In this document: positions 27,744-37,778 of the stretch, one piece after another
Layout: every line of letters begins with the position of its first letter
How positions within the stretch are numbered: position 1 is the first letter of the stretch
IMG/VR virus record: IMGVR_UViG_3300037255_000025
Location: 96,001 to 160,000 of that record
Strand: one strand, 5' to 3'
Length of the DNA stretch: 64,000 bases
Source: a virus
Lineage: Duplodnaviria > Caudoviricetes
Notes under the pieces: generated by a model
Seen by the model: only the letters and a program-made list of their open reading frames with translations
What the model was told of the DNA's origin: nothing
The model's database searches: none
Translations under genes and position numbers: made by a program

Positions 27744-29377
27744 TCATCGACCGATACCCGAAGCTTTCCGCCGCGCTCATGGTGGTCCTCTCGGTTACGT
27801 TGGCCGTATCCATCACGCAGCTCCTCGGACTTCTCGGGCTCGACGCCCGCGCCCCCGCGTACGCGCCTATTGCGCACCCCGTAACGGCACGCGTAACGAC
27901 GTACAGCGACGCCACGGTGGTCGACACGGTCCTGGGGCCGCTGGACGGCGGGTTCCGCACCGGTGACCTCGCGACGCTGGCTCGCGGGTCGACCGGGCTG
28001 TCTGCGTCTACGGTGTTCGCGACCGGGGCCATGACCGCAGGAGACGGCGCGGGAGGAACGTTTATCTGGGCCCCCTCGGCTCCCACGGCCGACGACGGCT
28101 GCACCGTGATCGTGCCAATCGACAGCTCTGGACACCCGTCGCCTGGTGCGTGGGTCCGCCAGTGGTCCGGTCCGATCGACGTGCGCTGGTGTGGCGCAAG
28201 TAGCTTCGGATCCGCCGCCGCAAACACCGTCGCGATCAACAACGCCTACAAGCTCGCCGTGGCGCGACAGAGCGCATACCTCGGCCAGTCCGCGGTGCTC
28301 CTCAGCGGCTCGTTTCGCATCTCCGGGACGATCCTGGTAGGGGCACCGGGTGGCGGTTACACCTCGGTCAGCACGATCGGGGAGGGCAATTTCGCGAGCG
28401 GGCTGCAATGGGATCCGTCTGACGAGGCACTCGACGCCGGTGTGGGCGACGCGGGCACCGATGCCGGCGTCGACGGGTTGCCGGTCGCGCAGAACATCGC
28501 CGTGCTGTATTGGAACAATATCGGCGCGACGATGCGAAATGTTACGATCCAGTATGTCGGCGCGACACCCGCGACAAATTCTGTAGGGCTAGCGTTGTCT
28601 GGCCCGACCGCGTCGATGGATTCGAACCAAGACACCTTCGACACAGTGACCGTGTACGGCTTCGCTACCGACGTGGCCGTTGGTGGCGTCAACACTGCGG
28701 TGGCGGGCCAAGACTGTGCGGCTCAGATCGCCTTCAACGATACCTATCTCGAGGGCGCGACCTATGCCGGAATCCAAGGCGGCGGGGACGGTAACTCTCT
28801 GGAGATCAGCTTCAAAAATGGCGGATTGGCCGGAAACTACATTGGGGCTGCCCTGGGAACAGCGGGGGGTTGGTCATTCGAAGGCGGCGGCAGCAGTGGC
28901 AACACCTTCGCCACCTTCGTTTTCCTAAGCGAGTGGCAAGGTCCGTTCAGCTTGCGAGACTGGCGCTTTGAGATGGCAGCCGGCGAGATCGCGATGAGCG
29001 GCGCGACGCAAGCCACCGTTGACGGCTGCACATTCCAGATGACCGCCGCGCCGACTGGATACAACGTGCCGATCTCGCTGTCTGGATATACGGCTGCCAA
29101 GATCACAATCCGCAACTGCGCCTTCGCCAATAACTTCGGATCCGACTACCCCGAAATCGCGGCCCCGTCGAACACCACAGGGTCGGTTAGCGCGATCGAG
29201 TTCGTCAACAATCGACTCGATAACCCTGCTTCTGTGCCGTTCTTTTTGTACCCAGGTGGCGCATCCAACGGGATGCGCTACTCGATGTGGGGAAACTACC
29301 TCGACGGCGGGAATCAGGGGCTGCACATCGGCACGATCGTCGACGGCGGAATGGTCGACTCGGTGTCGTCACCGTAG
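27740..29377 (+). CDS. tailspike-like beta-helix (pectate lyase fold) protein with N-terminal TM/signal
   Basis: GDGAGGTF.W...DDG.TVI..G.WVR..IDVRWCGA head-binding-like motif; beta-helix repeats; hydrophobic N-terminus. Confidence 0.65.
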   Translation: MIIDRYPKLSAALMVVLSVTLAVSITQLLGLLGLDARAPAYAPIAHPVTARVTTYSDATVVDTVLGPLDGGFRTGDLATLARGSTGLSASTVFATGAMTAGDGAGGTFIWAPSAPTADDGCTVIVPIDSSGHPSPGAWVRQWSGPIDVRWCGASSFGSAAANTVAINNAYKLAVARQSAYLGQSAVLLSGSFRISGTILVGAPGGGYTSVSTIGEGNFASGLQWDPSDEALDAGVGDAGTDAGVDGLPVAQNIAVLYWNNIGATMRNVTIQYVGATPATNSVGLALSGPTASMDSNQDTFDTVTVYGFATDVAVGGVNTAVAGQDCAAQIAFNDTYLEGATYAGIQGGGDGNSLEISFKNGGLAGNYIGAALGTAGGWSFEGGGSSGNTFATFVFLSEWQGPFSLRDWRFEMAAGEIAMSGATQATVDGCTFQMTAAPTGYNVPISLSGYTAAKITIRNCAFANNFGSDYPEIAAPSNTTGSVSAIEFVNNRLDNPASVPFFLYPGGASNGMRYSMWGNYLDGGNQGLHIGTIVDGGMVDSVSSP

Positions 29378-29761
29378 CTAGCCGCGGGGCTTGGGCCGCT
29401 CGAGGACCAGTTCCGAGCCGGTCGCGCTCAACGTCCCACCGCACCCGTGGCACTTCACCGACTTGGTCGAGCGCATCGACGTCGGGTGTTCAAAGTCCCG
29501 CACGGCGGGCGTCGGGTTGGTCCGCGAGGGCTCGCCGACGGGCGCGCAGCTCGTCGTCACGCCGGACTCCTCGAGCCCCCAGTCGTCCGCCAGTACCATG
29601 ATGGGCTTGCGGCACCCCGGGCAGCAGACGACGTAGCTGAAAGCCTTGCCCTTGTGGGCCCAGCGGCGTGCATCACCAGGCAGCATCTTCTGGGCACACC
29701 CCCACGGAGGGTACGGGCGGATCAGGGCTCGGACGACCGGTTCGAGCGGGCTCAGTTTCAC
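29378..29761 (-). CDS. zinc-ribbon protein
   Basis: CCPGC, CHGC. Confidence 0.5.
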   Translation of the reverse strand: MKLSPLEPVVRALIRPYPPWGCAQKMLPGDARRWAHKGKAFSYVVCCPGCRKPIMVLADDWGLEESGVTTSCAPVGEPSRTNPTPAVRDFEHPTSMRSTKSVKCHGCGGTLSATGSELVLERPKPRG

Positions 29762-30021
29762 CGTCGACCCGAGCGCGCTGCGCGATAGATATCGACGGCG
29801 GCGTCCGTAGGGTCCGCGTCAAACCAACCGAGGTTTTCTTGGTCCGAAAACAGGACCCCGCGATACCCCTTGGGCGACGCCCGGACCGTGTCACCGATCC
29901 CGACCGCTTCAGTGTGGTACACGACCGCGATGCCTCGCGCGTCCAAGGCAGCCCACGTGTTGGAACCCCGCCAAGGTTTCGCCGGACCCCACGTCGCGCC
30001 AGGTAGGCGGGGGGCCGTCAC
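29758..30021 (-). CDS. hypothetical protein
   Basis: Coupled overlapping ORF. Confidence 0.5.
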   Translation of the reverse strand: MTAPRLPGATWGPAKPWRGSNTWAALDARGIAVVYHTEAVGIGDTVRASPKGYRGVLFSDQENLGWFDADPTDAAVDIYRAARSGRR

Positions 30022-30338
30022 GGCTCCACCATGAGCCGTGCGACCGTTGCGGTCAGTTCAGCCACACGACCGAGCGCGCTGTGTAGCTCCACCCGCAGAC
30101 GCAGCGCCTCTTCCTCCCAGGTTTCGACCCGACCGACACGGCCGTCCTCGAACGTGACCGAGGTCGCGCGGCCCCCGCGGTCGACATCACTGATCGGGTA
30201 GGTCTCGCGCGGCTGCTTGCGGCCGAAGCCTTGGCGTGGCGGGCGTTCGAGCCTGACCTGCGCCGAGGCCGACACGTACTCGGGCAGGGTCGCTAGACCG
30301 CCCTCGTGCCAAACGGGAACGTCGTGGTGCCGACCCAT
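30018..30338 (-). CDS. hypothetical protein
   Basis: Coupled overlapping ORF. Confidence 0.5.
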   Translation of the reverse strand: MGRHHDVPVWHEGGLATLPEYVSASAQVRLERPPRQGFGRKQPRETYPISDVDRGGRATSVTFEDGRVGRVETWEEEALRLRVELHSALGRVAELTATVARLMVEP

Positions 30339-30661
30339 CAGCGCGTCTTCTTTGCGGGCTTCGGCTTCGCCGGCCGCACCGGAACCTGGAGGAAGTCTTT
30401 CACTTCCTTTCGGGTTGCCGCCAACCGCGCGAGCTGTAGCGCTTCGCCGAACCCTCGTGCGTACCCCGCGGCCTCCTCGAGCGTTGCGCCCCCGAAAAAC
30501 ACAGCATCGGGCGAGACTCCCAGGACCACGAGGTGTTCGGACGGACCGTACACGAAGAGGTGGTCGTAGCCGCGTTCGTTCGTCTTCGGTCCGTCGAGGT
30601 AGGGCGAAACCTTCACCCGGTTCAGAAGGCTGTTGAGCGTGTCGTAGTCGCGTGTGTTCAT
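30338..30661 (-). CDS. hypothetical protein
   Basis: AAC-N15-TAAGG motif upstream. Confidence 0.55.
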   Translation of the reverse strand: MNTRDYDTLNSLLNRVKVSPYLDGPKTNERGYDHLFVYGPSEHLVVLGVSPDAVFFGGATLEEAAGYARGFGEALQLARLAATRKEVKDFLQVPVRPAKPKPAKKTR

Positions 30662-30692
30662 ACGCGGGCCCCTTACCCGCCGCGGCGCGCGT

Positions 30693-32663
30693 TCATTCGC
30701 CCGAGGGCGTCACCCACTCAAGTAGCTTGGCCACCGAGACCTGGACCTTCGTGATGTTGTGGCGCTTGAAGTAGGCCGCGAGCGCGTCATCACCGCCTGG
30801 CTCGGCCGCGGCTCCACCGGAGCCCACTGAATTGGGGAGCGGCGCGCCCGCGGGGGCTGTCTTGGGTTCCTGGTCGTCGCCGGGCTTGCTCGCCCCCGGC
30901 GGGGGTCCGCCCGGAGGGGCCGAACCGTCGCCGCCAGGCTCTCCCGGTGCCCCCGGAGCGCCGCCCGCGGGGGGTGTGGCCGCGCCTCCGTCGAGGCCCA
31001 TGATGCCCTGGAGCACGAGAGGAAATGGCGCGTCGGCCCAAGGGGTGTCCAGCTTCTTGAACTCCTTGTTGAGCGCTTCGCTCGCGGCGGCCCGGACCTC
31101 GTTGGTCGTCAGGCCCCCGGCGGTCGCCAACTGGGTCACGAGCGTAACCAACTGCGTCGGGTCCGAGGCGGGCGCGGAGTTGGTCTTGAACGTCCAGTAC
31201 CGGATGCCCATGTCGGCCAACACGCGGCGGTTCATCACGTGGTCGAACTGTTCCCGGAGCGGCTCGAAGACCTGCTGCTCCGCGAACTGGAGCACCGCCT
31301 GGGCCTGGGCCCGGTTGACCTCCTGCGATACGCCGCGGAGCAGCTCAGGCAGCCGGAACTGGCTGCCGATCTTGCTCGTCCCGTTCTTCTCGTACTCCTG
31401 GAACAGGGCATCCTTGAGCTGGGCCTCCGTGAGGGGTCGCAGCTCCACCTTGACGCGCGACGCGCTCGACATCGCCTGGGCCGGGTTGGACTCGGCCTCG
31501 ATCAGCAGGACCGAATGGAAGTTGGCGCGGCCCTGGATGGTCTCCTTGAGATGGTTCTTGATGAGGTCCACGGCCCCCGCCTTGAGCGAGCCGCCGCTCA
31601 CGAGGATGGCCATCGGCGGGATGCACTTCTGGTCGAAGTAGCTGAAGTTGATTTCCTCGGACGCGCGCAGCCCCAACACGTTCATCGTCGCCCCGACCCA
31701 GCGCGGGATCCCGTACGGTCCGATGGGGCTGAAGACCGACCACCACAGGATCTCTGTGGCCTCGACCGCTAGCTCGCCCTCCTTGTCCTTCAACTCCTCG
31801 GGCGACGCATAAAAGTTGCCCGTCTTGGCCGACAAGATGCGGGTGTCGCCGAACTCCTTGAAGTACACGGCGATCAACCCGTTCACCAACTGCACGAACG
31901 TCCTGAAGCGCCGCGGGACCGGTACGGTCGTGTACTTCAACGGGCTCATCTTCTGGGGCGTGTCGACCAGCACGTGCTCGATGTGGATCGGACGCAGCCG
32001 CATCGTCACGGCGTCGATGCGCTCGAATTGCTGGATCTGGCGGTTGCCGTTCCGGATGACCTCCCAGTAGGCGTTGCCCGTCGTTTCCAGCTCCAGCCGG
32101 GTCTGCATCCTCATCTCAACGAACGAGGTCGTGGGGTTGCAGTAGGCGAAGAACCGCTCCAGCGCGAACTTCTCGCGTTTCATCTCCGCCCGCATGGTCT
32201 CAATCGTGGCCGTGACGTGGTCGTCGTCGACCGGGTCGACGCTGTGGTCGTAGATGCGCTGCATCAACAGCGCGTCCCGGACCAGATCGCTGGCGTCGGA
32301 CTTGTCGAGGTCGATGACGGGAACGAGCGTGAACCCGTAGCCGTCGATGTTGGCTGCGTACGCATCGACGCAAGGACGGAGCGCCGAGCTGTTCTCCCAC
32401 GTCCGCACCGTCGCCCACGGGTCGTACCGGGGGATGAGCGCACCAGCTCCTAGGAACCAGTTCGCCTCGGATTCGACAGAAGGCCTGTTATTTCCAGCGG
32501 AAACCACCTCGGTACCGCTGACCGAGATGACGATCGCCTTCTCGACAGGGTCGCCGTTTTGATGGGTCGCTACAACACTTGAAGGCTGATTTTCCGAGGC
32601 CGACTTAACGACCTCTTGGTACTCGCCGGTGAGGGAACGGAGAAGGTCAGGTTCGATAGCCAT
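30693..32663 (-). CDS. phage portal protein (PBSX/XkdE-like)
   Basis: LETTGNAYWEVIRN, YFKEFGD, YGIPRW, N..YF....P, DALFQEY, FRLP.LL.G, NRA.A, QVFEP, LTTNEVR. Confidence 0.9.
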   Translation of the reverse strand: MAIEPDLLRSLTGEYQEVVKSASENQPSSVVATHQNGDPVEKAIVISVSGTEVVSAGNNRPSVESEANWFLGAGALIPRYDPWATVRTWENSSALRPCVDAYAANIDGYGFTLVPVIDLDKSDASDLVRDALLMQRIYDHSVDPVDDDHVTATIETMRAEMKREKFALERFFAYCNPTTSFVEMRMQTRLELETTGNAYWEVIRNGNRQIQQFERIDAVTMRLRPIHIEHVLVDTPQKMSPLKYTTVPVPRRFRTFVQLVNGLIAVYFKEFGDTRILSAKTGNFYASPEELKDKEGELAVEATEILWWSVFSPIGPYGIPRWVGATMNVLGLRASEEINFSYFDQKCIPPMAILVSGGSLKAGAVDLIKNHLKETIQGRANFHSVLLIEAESNPAQAMSSASRVKVELRPLTEAQLKDALFQEYEKNGTSKIGSQFRLPELLRGVSQEVNRAQAQAVLQFAEQQVFEPLREQFDHVMNRRVLADMGIRYWTFKTNSAPASDPTQLVTLVTQLATAGGLTTNEVRAAASEALNKEFKKLDTPWADAPFPLVLQGIMGLDGGAATPPAGGAPGAPGEPGGDGSAPPGGPPPGASKPGDDQEPKTAPAGAPLPNSVGSGGAAAEPGGDDALAAYFKRHNITKVQVSVAKLLEWVTPSGE

Positions 32664-32689
32664 CGCGGACCCAGCCTACCACGCGATGG

Positions 32690-33555
32690 CTACTGCTCGT
32701 CGACGTCGATCCAGCCCGGACCTCGGCGAGAGCTAGCCGCAGCGCTCATGCGGGCACGAGTCTCTTCCGGTACTCCGAAAACGCCGCGGTTGTGGGCGGG
32801 TCGCCCCTTTGCGGTAGCGCTAATCTTTTCTCTCGATTCCGCCGACCACACACGTGTCCTGTTTCGCGCCGCGAGCGCGGCGCTGAAAGCTGGTCCCATC
32901 TTCTTACCAAGTTGGGCCGCTCCGATCTTCGCGCGTTGTTCGGCCGGGAGCGTCTTTCCTAGGTGTGACGCGCGCATCTTCGCCCTCGTCTCGTCGGTCG
33001 GGTGGCTCATCAGCTCGCGATGACGCGCGAGCTGCTCCGGCGTCCGCTTCTTTCCTCGGTTCGCGTCGCCGATCTTCTTCGGGCCGCTGGGTCCTCGAAG
33101 CGCTTCTTCTGCACCACGCTTCTCGCGAGAAGTGACGCCGCGTAGCCCTCGGGGTCCATTAGGCGCCGCCTCGCGTGTCCGTCGCGGATCGCCTTCTTCG
33201 CCTCCTCGGATAGAGCCCCGCCTGCTCCGCCGAACCGGCGGTTGAAGCCCTTCGGATCCATCGCGTCTAGCTCACGGATCCAGAAGGTCTCGGCCTCGTT
33301 GAGTTCACGCTGGGTCACGCCCTCCACGACCTCAAGGATCGTCTCCCGGAAGGCCCCACGGCCAACCTGTCGCAGGTAGAGGTCGAAGGGCGCGACCCTG
33401 CCGATGAGGTGGCCGCGCATGCGCGTCTCGAAGTCCCGCGCCTGGCCGACGTAGTGCCGACCCGTCGTGACCTCGGTCAGGAGGTAGATGACGGCGCGGG
33501 TGACGATCCTCGCCTCATGGGCAATCGTCCTGGCGCTCTTCTTGGCTGCTGCCAT
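32690..33555 (-). pseudogene. GIY-YIG homing endonuclease with NUMOD3 repeats, split by a 1-nt frameshift
   Basis: VIYLLT..TGRHYVGQ..R..H; E..WI..GFN; NUMOD3 motifs (ETRAKMRASHLGK) continue in the alternate frame from ~33078. Confidence 0.75.
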
Positions 33556-33578
33556 ACGCGCGCGGGCTCCCTACCCGA

Positions 33579-34292
33579 TCAAGCCCACGCCCTCACGCGC
33601 TCGTACTCGCGGAAGACCAGCGGGTACTGGCCACCGCCGAGGAGCTTCGCCTGGCGGGCCGCCTTGTCGCTCGGTCGTGTCATGTGGCCCCTGACGGCTT
33701 CGTAGCCGTGAAGGCACGCGAGCGCGGCCTTGAACGATATCGCGGCCGTATCCTGGTTGTCCTGACCGGGGGCCTCGAACAGCGCGAGGATCGCGGCCCG
33801 GCGCGTGACGGCGTACGCCGGGTGTTGGCGCGCGTCCTCGGACAGCACCGCGTCGACCTCGGCCCGCAGGCGCTCGCGCGACGTACGGGAGTCTGTCGGT
33901 TTGGCCGCTTCGGGCTCGGGCACCACGTGCTCGTCGCGGACCAGCGGCCATCCAGCGACAGTGCTCGCGGGATAAGGAAGCTCCGTCGTGAGACCAGCCA
34001 ACGTCCTGCCCACCAACGTTACCTCTTCGTACGCGCGGACGCGGTGGACCAGAACACTCGGAAGGACGCCCAGACCCGGCGGAGGGATCCGGACCTCGCC
34101 CAACATGACACGACCGTTCCGGGTTTCGATGCCGATGCAAGACCAATCACGCCCGTGCAACAGCATCTGTGTGATGCCCCACAACGACGTCTTGAACGAA
34201 ACGCGATCCCCTGGACCCACCCCGTCAACGGTGTACTGCTCAGAGTCCTTCCCCCAAATCTGCCCAACCTCGACCCTGCTCGGCTTCGTCAT
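33579..34292 (-). CDS. hypothetical protein
   Basis: Begins MTKPSRVEVGQIW; GGGTAAGG and GGAGG upstream. Confidence 0.55.
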   Translation of the reverse strand: MTKPSRVEVGQIWGKDSEQYTVDGVGPGDRVSFKTSLWGITQMLLHGRDWSCIGIETRNGRVMLGEVRIPPPGLGVLPSVLVHRVRAYEEVTLVGRTLAGLTTELPYPASTVAGWPLVRDEHVVPEPEAAKPTDSRTSRERLRAEVDAVLSEDARQHPAYAVTRRAAILALFEAPGQDNQDTAAISFKAALACLHGYEAVRGHMTRPSDKAARQAKLLGGGQYPLVFREYERVRAWA

Positions 34293-34329
34293 CGTCGCAC
34301 CTCCAGCGGCCCCCCTTACCCTGACGCCC

Positions 34330-34368
34330 AAAAGAAAGGGCCACCGAGGCGAAACCCTCGGTGGCCCT
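34330..34368 (-). terminator. intrinsic terminator
   Basis: 13-bp stem AGGGCCACCGAGG/CCTCGGTGGCCCT followed by TTCTTTT on the minus strand. Confidence 0.85.
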
Positions 34369-34389
34369 GATGCCTGGTCGCGAACGAGG

Positions 34390-34647
34390 TCAGCTCGCGG
34401 GTGCAGCCGGGGCGGGCGTGACCGGAGCCGCCGGAGCCGCGGGGGCTTGAGCGGGCGTGTTGGCCGTGATCGCAGCACCCAGCGCGGCCGCGCTGGTGTT
34501 GAGCTGCGTGACCAGCGAGGCGAGCGCCGCGGGGTCGGTCCCGGCGGCGGCGATCTGGGCCGCGAGGCCCTGGATGAGCGTGATCGCGCTCTGCTCGACC
34601 GTGACGGATGCGGCGACTTGAGCTTCGAGGGCGGTGAGGTCTGCCAT
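34390..34647 (-). CDS. small Ala-rich helical phage protein
   Basis: MADLTALEAQVAA..SAITLIQGLAAQI; GGAG RBS; possible upstream GTG start. Confidence 0.7.
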   Translation of the reverse strand: MADLTALEAQVAASVTVEQSAITLIQGLAAQIAAAGTDPAALASLVTQLNTSAAALGAAITANTPAQAPAAPAAPVTPAPAAPAS

Positions 34648-34815
34648 GGTGTCTTCTCCTTGATTGAGGAGCAGCCGTAGCAGCTCCAGGACGGCGTCCA
34701 GCTTGGCCTCGATACGGTCGAGCTGCGACTTGTTCACCCGGGGTGAAGTAACGCACCGAGCGGGGCGCCGCAAGCGAACCCGGCGCCACGGGGGGTAAGG
34801 AGCCCGGCGGAGGTC

Positions 34816-35163
34816 GTGATGATCGAGATCAGCGGACACAGCGACGACGTCGTGTGCATCGGGGGCGACGTGAACGATGAGGTAGCGCCGGGGGCGATCC
34901 TGTTGGTCGGGACCAAGCAGGCGGGCGTCGAGGTCAAGATGCAGTACCTGTCGACCGGCGTTTGGGCCGCGCGGGTGAGCCAGGTCGACGACGGCGCACC
35001 GATCCCGTGGCCTGTGTCGATCTGCGAGTCCGAGCCGACGGGGCTCAAGGACAACCGGACGCCGCCCTACACCGTGGTGGTCCGGATCGACTGCCCGCCC
35101 GGGACCCCGGTCTACCGAGGTTCTCTACGGCTCGGAGTCGCGAAGAAGAAGAGGGGTACGTGA
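34816..35163 (+). CDS. hypothetical phage protein
   Basis: ISGHSDDVV.I.GD motif; promoter motif and RBS. Confidence 0.6.
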   Translation: MMIEISGHSDDVVCIGGDVNDEVAPGAILLVGTKQAGVEVKMQYLSTGVWAARVSQVDDGAPIPWPVSICESEPTGLKDNRTPPYTVVVRIDCPPGTPVYRGSLRLGVAKKKRGT

Positions 35164-35339
35164 TGCGCAAAGAGAACGAACCGTCGGACGGAAACCACGG
35201 GCCCGGGTGCGCCGCGACGATCGTCGCGGGCCTCGTCGTGTGGGCCTTCCTGTTCGGCGTCACGTGGGACGGGCGCCACTACGACGTCTCGTGTACGTGC
35301 CGCCGCGGCGTCGTGGTCAACCAGAAGGCCGCGCCGTGA
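35163..35339 (+). CDS. small membrane protein
   Basis: One hydrophobic segment. Confidence 0.45.
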   Translation: MRKENEPSDGNHGPGCAATIVAGLVVWAFLFGVTWDGRHYDVSCTCRRGVVVNQKAAP

Positions 35340-35776
35340 AGAACGTCACCTCATTGGTCGCCTCCCAACTCGTCTTCGACCGGGCGAAACCAGAGCACAA
35401 CCAAGACCACCCGCGGGCGCTCTTGGTTGTGCCCTCGCTCGTATCCACGAGCGAGATGTGCGCGGCGGTGATGCTGGATCTGACGCGCCAGCACCCCGCG
35501 CTGGGGATTCGCCGGGCCGCGTCGGGGTCTCACTTGACAGTCGAGAGGGGCAGCACGTCGCCGCTCCTGGAAGTGCGGCACGTTCGAGACGACCTCGTAG
35601 GAAACCGATTGGACGTCGTGTTCGTCTGGGTCGAGGTGCGAGGCCTCAAGGAGGACCCGTCGTTGCTCGACCCCTGGTGGCGTCAGGTCGTCATGGGCCG
35701 GCTCGTCGCAGGCTACCGTGTCGTGCGATTCGGTGATTCGTGGGGTGTACTAAAGGAGCGGGCGTGTTGGCCGTGA
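35336..35776 (+). CDS. hypothetical protein
   Basis: GTGA-coupled ORF. Confidence 0.45.
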   Translation: MKNVTSLVASQLVFDRAKPEHNQDHPRALLVVPSLVSTSEMCAAVMLDLTRQHPALGIRRAASGSHLTVERGSTSPLLEVRHVRDDLVGNRLDVVFVWVEVRGLKEDPSLLDPWWRQVVMGRLVAGYRVVRFGDSWGVLKERACWP

Positions 35777-36171
35777 AGTCCGCCGCGTGGGGCCCTGGTC
35801 CCTGGGACGATGAGCCCGACAGACTCGAGTGGGTGCATGCGGGCCTTCCTTGTGTCATCCGGCGCAACCGGACCATGGGTGTGCTCCTGGGTTACGTCGG
35901 GATCCCCACGGGGCATCGCGTGGCCTCGATGATGTTGGGCGCGTCGGAAGACCTTCGGGTCCACGACGGCGTCACGTTCCACCAGCACGGCTCGGTCGAG
36001 CTAGAGCTTGACCCCGATCTCTACTGGGTCGGATTCGACTGTGGCCATGCGGGCGACCTCTCGCCGTTACTCGGTCTATCCAGGTCCGGGTACGGGGTGT
36101 ACCGCGACATCACGTACGTCCGCAGCGAGACCGAGCACCTCGCGGACCAGTTGGCCGCGCTCGACCGTTAG
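35773..36171 (+). CDS. conserved hypothetical phage protein
   Basis: GPWDDEPD..LGYVGIP.GH..VHDGVTF..WVGFDCGHAGD..YR...YV. Confidence 0.7.
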   Translation: MKSAAWGPGPWDDEPDRLEWVHAGLPCVIRRNRTMGVLLGYVGIPTGHRVASMMLGASEDLRVHDGVTFHQHGSVELELDPDLYWVGFDCGHAGDLSPLLGLSRSGYGVYRDITYVRSETEHLADQLAALDR

Positions 36172-36539
36172 TCCGCCACCGTCTGGTCTGCGAGCGTCGG
36201 GTAGACCTCGACGCTGTAGCCCGCGACGCCGCGCGAGGAAGTCGGGAACGTCTCGACCAAACCTCCCGGGTACGTCACGAGCCACACGGCGTCATAGACC
36301 CCGGGGTACTGTGTATCCGCCGCCTCGAACGAGACCGTGACCTGGTTGCCGTTGGTGCTGAACGGGCTGTTCGCGAGCGCGACCGCGGCGGGCGTAACCG
36401 AGTGCCGGGTCTGCCGATGCACCATGTTGAAGACGCACGTCGTGCCGCCCGGGATGATGACGTCGCTGCCGTCCTGGTTCTTCAACAGCACGACGAGGGG
36501 ACGACCCGTGTCGCCGGAGCGGATGGTGAACTCAGCCAT
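36168..36539 (-). CDS. BppU N-terminal-like baseplate/tail protein
   Basis: FTIRSGDT..L..DG..DT..PGVY..VTY..G.VETFP. Confidence 0.65.
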   Translation of the reverse strand: MAEFTIRSGDTGRPLVVLLKNQDGSDVIIPGGTTCVFNMVHRQTRHSVTPAAVALANSPFSTNGNQVTVSFEAADTQYPGVYDAVWLVTYPGGLVETFPTSSRGVAGYSVEVYPTLADQTVAD

Positions 36540-36553
36540 CCACCCACGCTAGC

Positions 36554-37777
36554 TCAGCTAGACCGCCGCCACACGCGTCGAGCGGTACCGCCGAGCGTCT
36601 TCACCTGGCGCGCGGGCTCGTTCGAGGACCAGACCCGCTTCGCCGCGCCGCCGAACGTCTTCACCCGACGCTCGGGCGGGCTGCTGGACCACACGTGCCG
36701 AGCGGCACCGCCGAGCGTCTCGACGGCGCGGACCGGGATCGGGACCGGCGGCGAGTACGGGATGTCGCCCGAGAGGTTCGCAACCGCGGCCGCTACGCCG
36801 GAGAGGTACCCCGCGCCCGCGAGCGCGGCGGAGACCTCTGCGTCGGCATACGCCAGCCCAGAGAGCGCCCCCGCGCCCGCGACGCTCGCGTTCGTCGACG
36901 TACCCAGCGACACGGCGCCCGAGACCTGACGGATCACGGTGGGAAGAGCCGTTTGGTTCGCGACCAGAGAAGCCGTGCCCGCTATAGCGGCGATCCCAAC
37001 GATGCTGGCGGCCGAACCAGCCGCCAGCGTGGCCGCGCCCGACACGGCCGGCGTGATGGCCGACACCGCGGACAACGTTGCGGTCCCCGTGACGCTCGGC
37101 ACCGCTGTCGTGCTCGTCGTCAACGCCACGGTCCCGGCGACGAGGGCGGACCCGGCCAACGAGCCCGCGACGGCGCCCGTAACGCCCGCGGACCCCGTGA
37201 GACCATCGGACGCGGACCCGGTCGCGGTCGCGCTCGCGCCCAAGGACGCAGCCCCGAAGATCCCCAGGGTCGCCAAAGACGTCGCTGAACTTGGCGCCGT
37301 TCCCGAGACCGCGCCGGCCCCGCGTGCGGTAGCCGACGCAGACGACGTCGTCGCGATCGAGCCCGCGAGTGCGCCGCTTCCACCCAGCGTCCCAGAAGAC
37401 GAGCAGGACTCCGCCGCGGTACCCGACAAAGAGCCAACGCCGCCCAGGACCGCTACAACCGACGTCGCAACCGACGCAGCACCCCCAAGCGCCCCCGCGC
37501 CGCGTGTCACGCCGGTAACGAACGCAGAGGCCGCAGCGGCCCCCGACACCGTCGAGGTCGCGGTGCTCGCCGCAGCCGCGGACGCAGCGCCCCCTAGTCC
37601 ACCAACGCCAAACAGCGCCCCCGCGCTCACGGTCGCGGCTACGACGGTGCCCGTGAGCGTGACGGAGTCGAACGCGGTGGTCTTGTCGAACCAACTCGAC
37701 TCCGCGGTTGCGGCCGTCGGGTCGAACCACCCGGCGCCGGTCTGGGTCTGGCCGAACCACCCGGCGCCCGCAGTCAT
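36554..37777 (-). CDS. Ala/Gly/Ser/Thr-rich virion appendage protein
   Basis: Repeating GxGxLxG units. Confidence 0.6.
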   Translation of the reverse strand: MTAGAGWFGQTQTGAGWFDPTAATAESSWFDKTTAFDSVTLTGTVVAATVSAGALFGVGGLGGAASAAAASTATSTVSGAAAASAFVTGVTRGAGALGGAASVATSVVAVLGGVGSLSGTAAESCSSSGTLGGSGALAGSIATTSSASATARGAGAVSGTAPSSATSLATLGIFGAASLGASATATGSASDGLTGSAGVTGAVAGSLAGSALVAGTVALTTSTTAVPSVTGTATLSAVSAITPAVSGAATLAAGSAASIVGIAAIAGTASLVANQTALPTVIRQVSGAVSLGTSTNASVAGAGALSGLAYADAEVSAALAGAGYLSGVAAAVANLSGDIPYSPPVPIPVRAVETLGGAARHVWSSSPPERRVKTFGGAAKRVWSSNEPARQVKTLGGTARRVWRRSS

Positions 37778-37778
37778 G

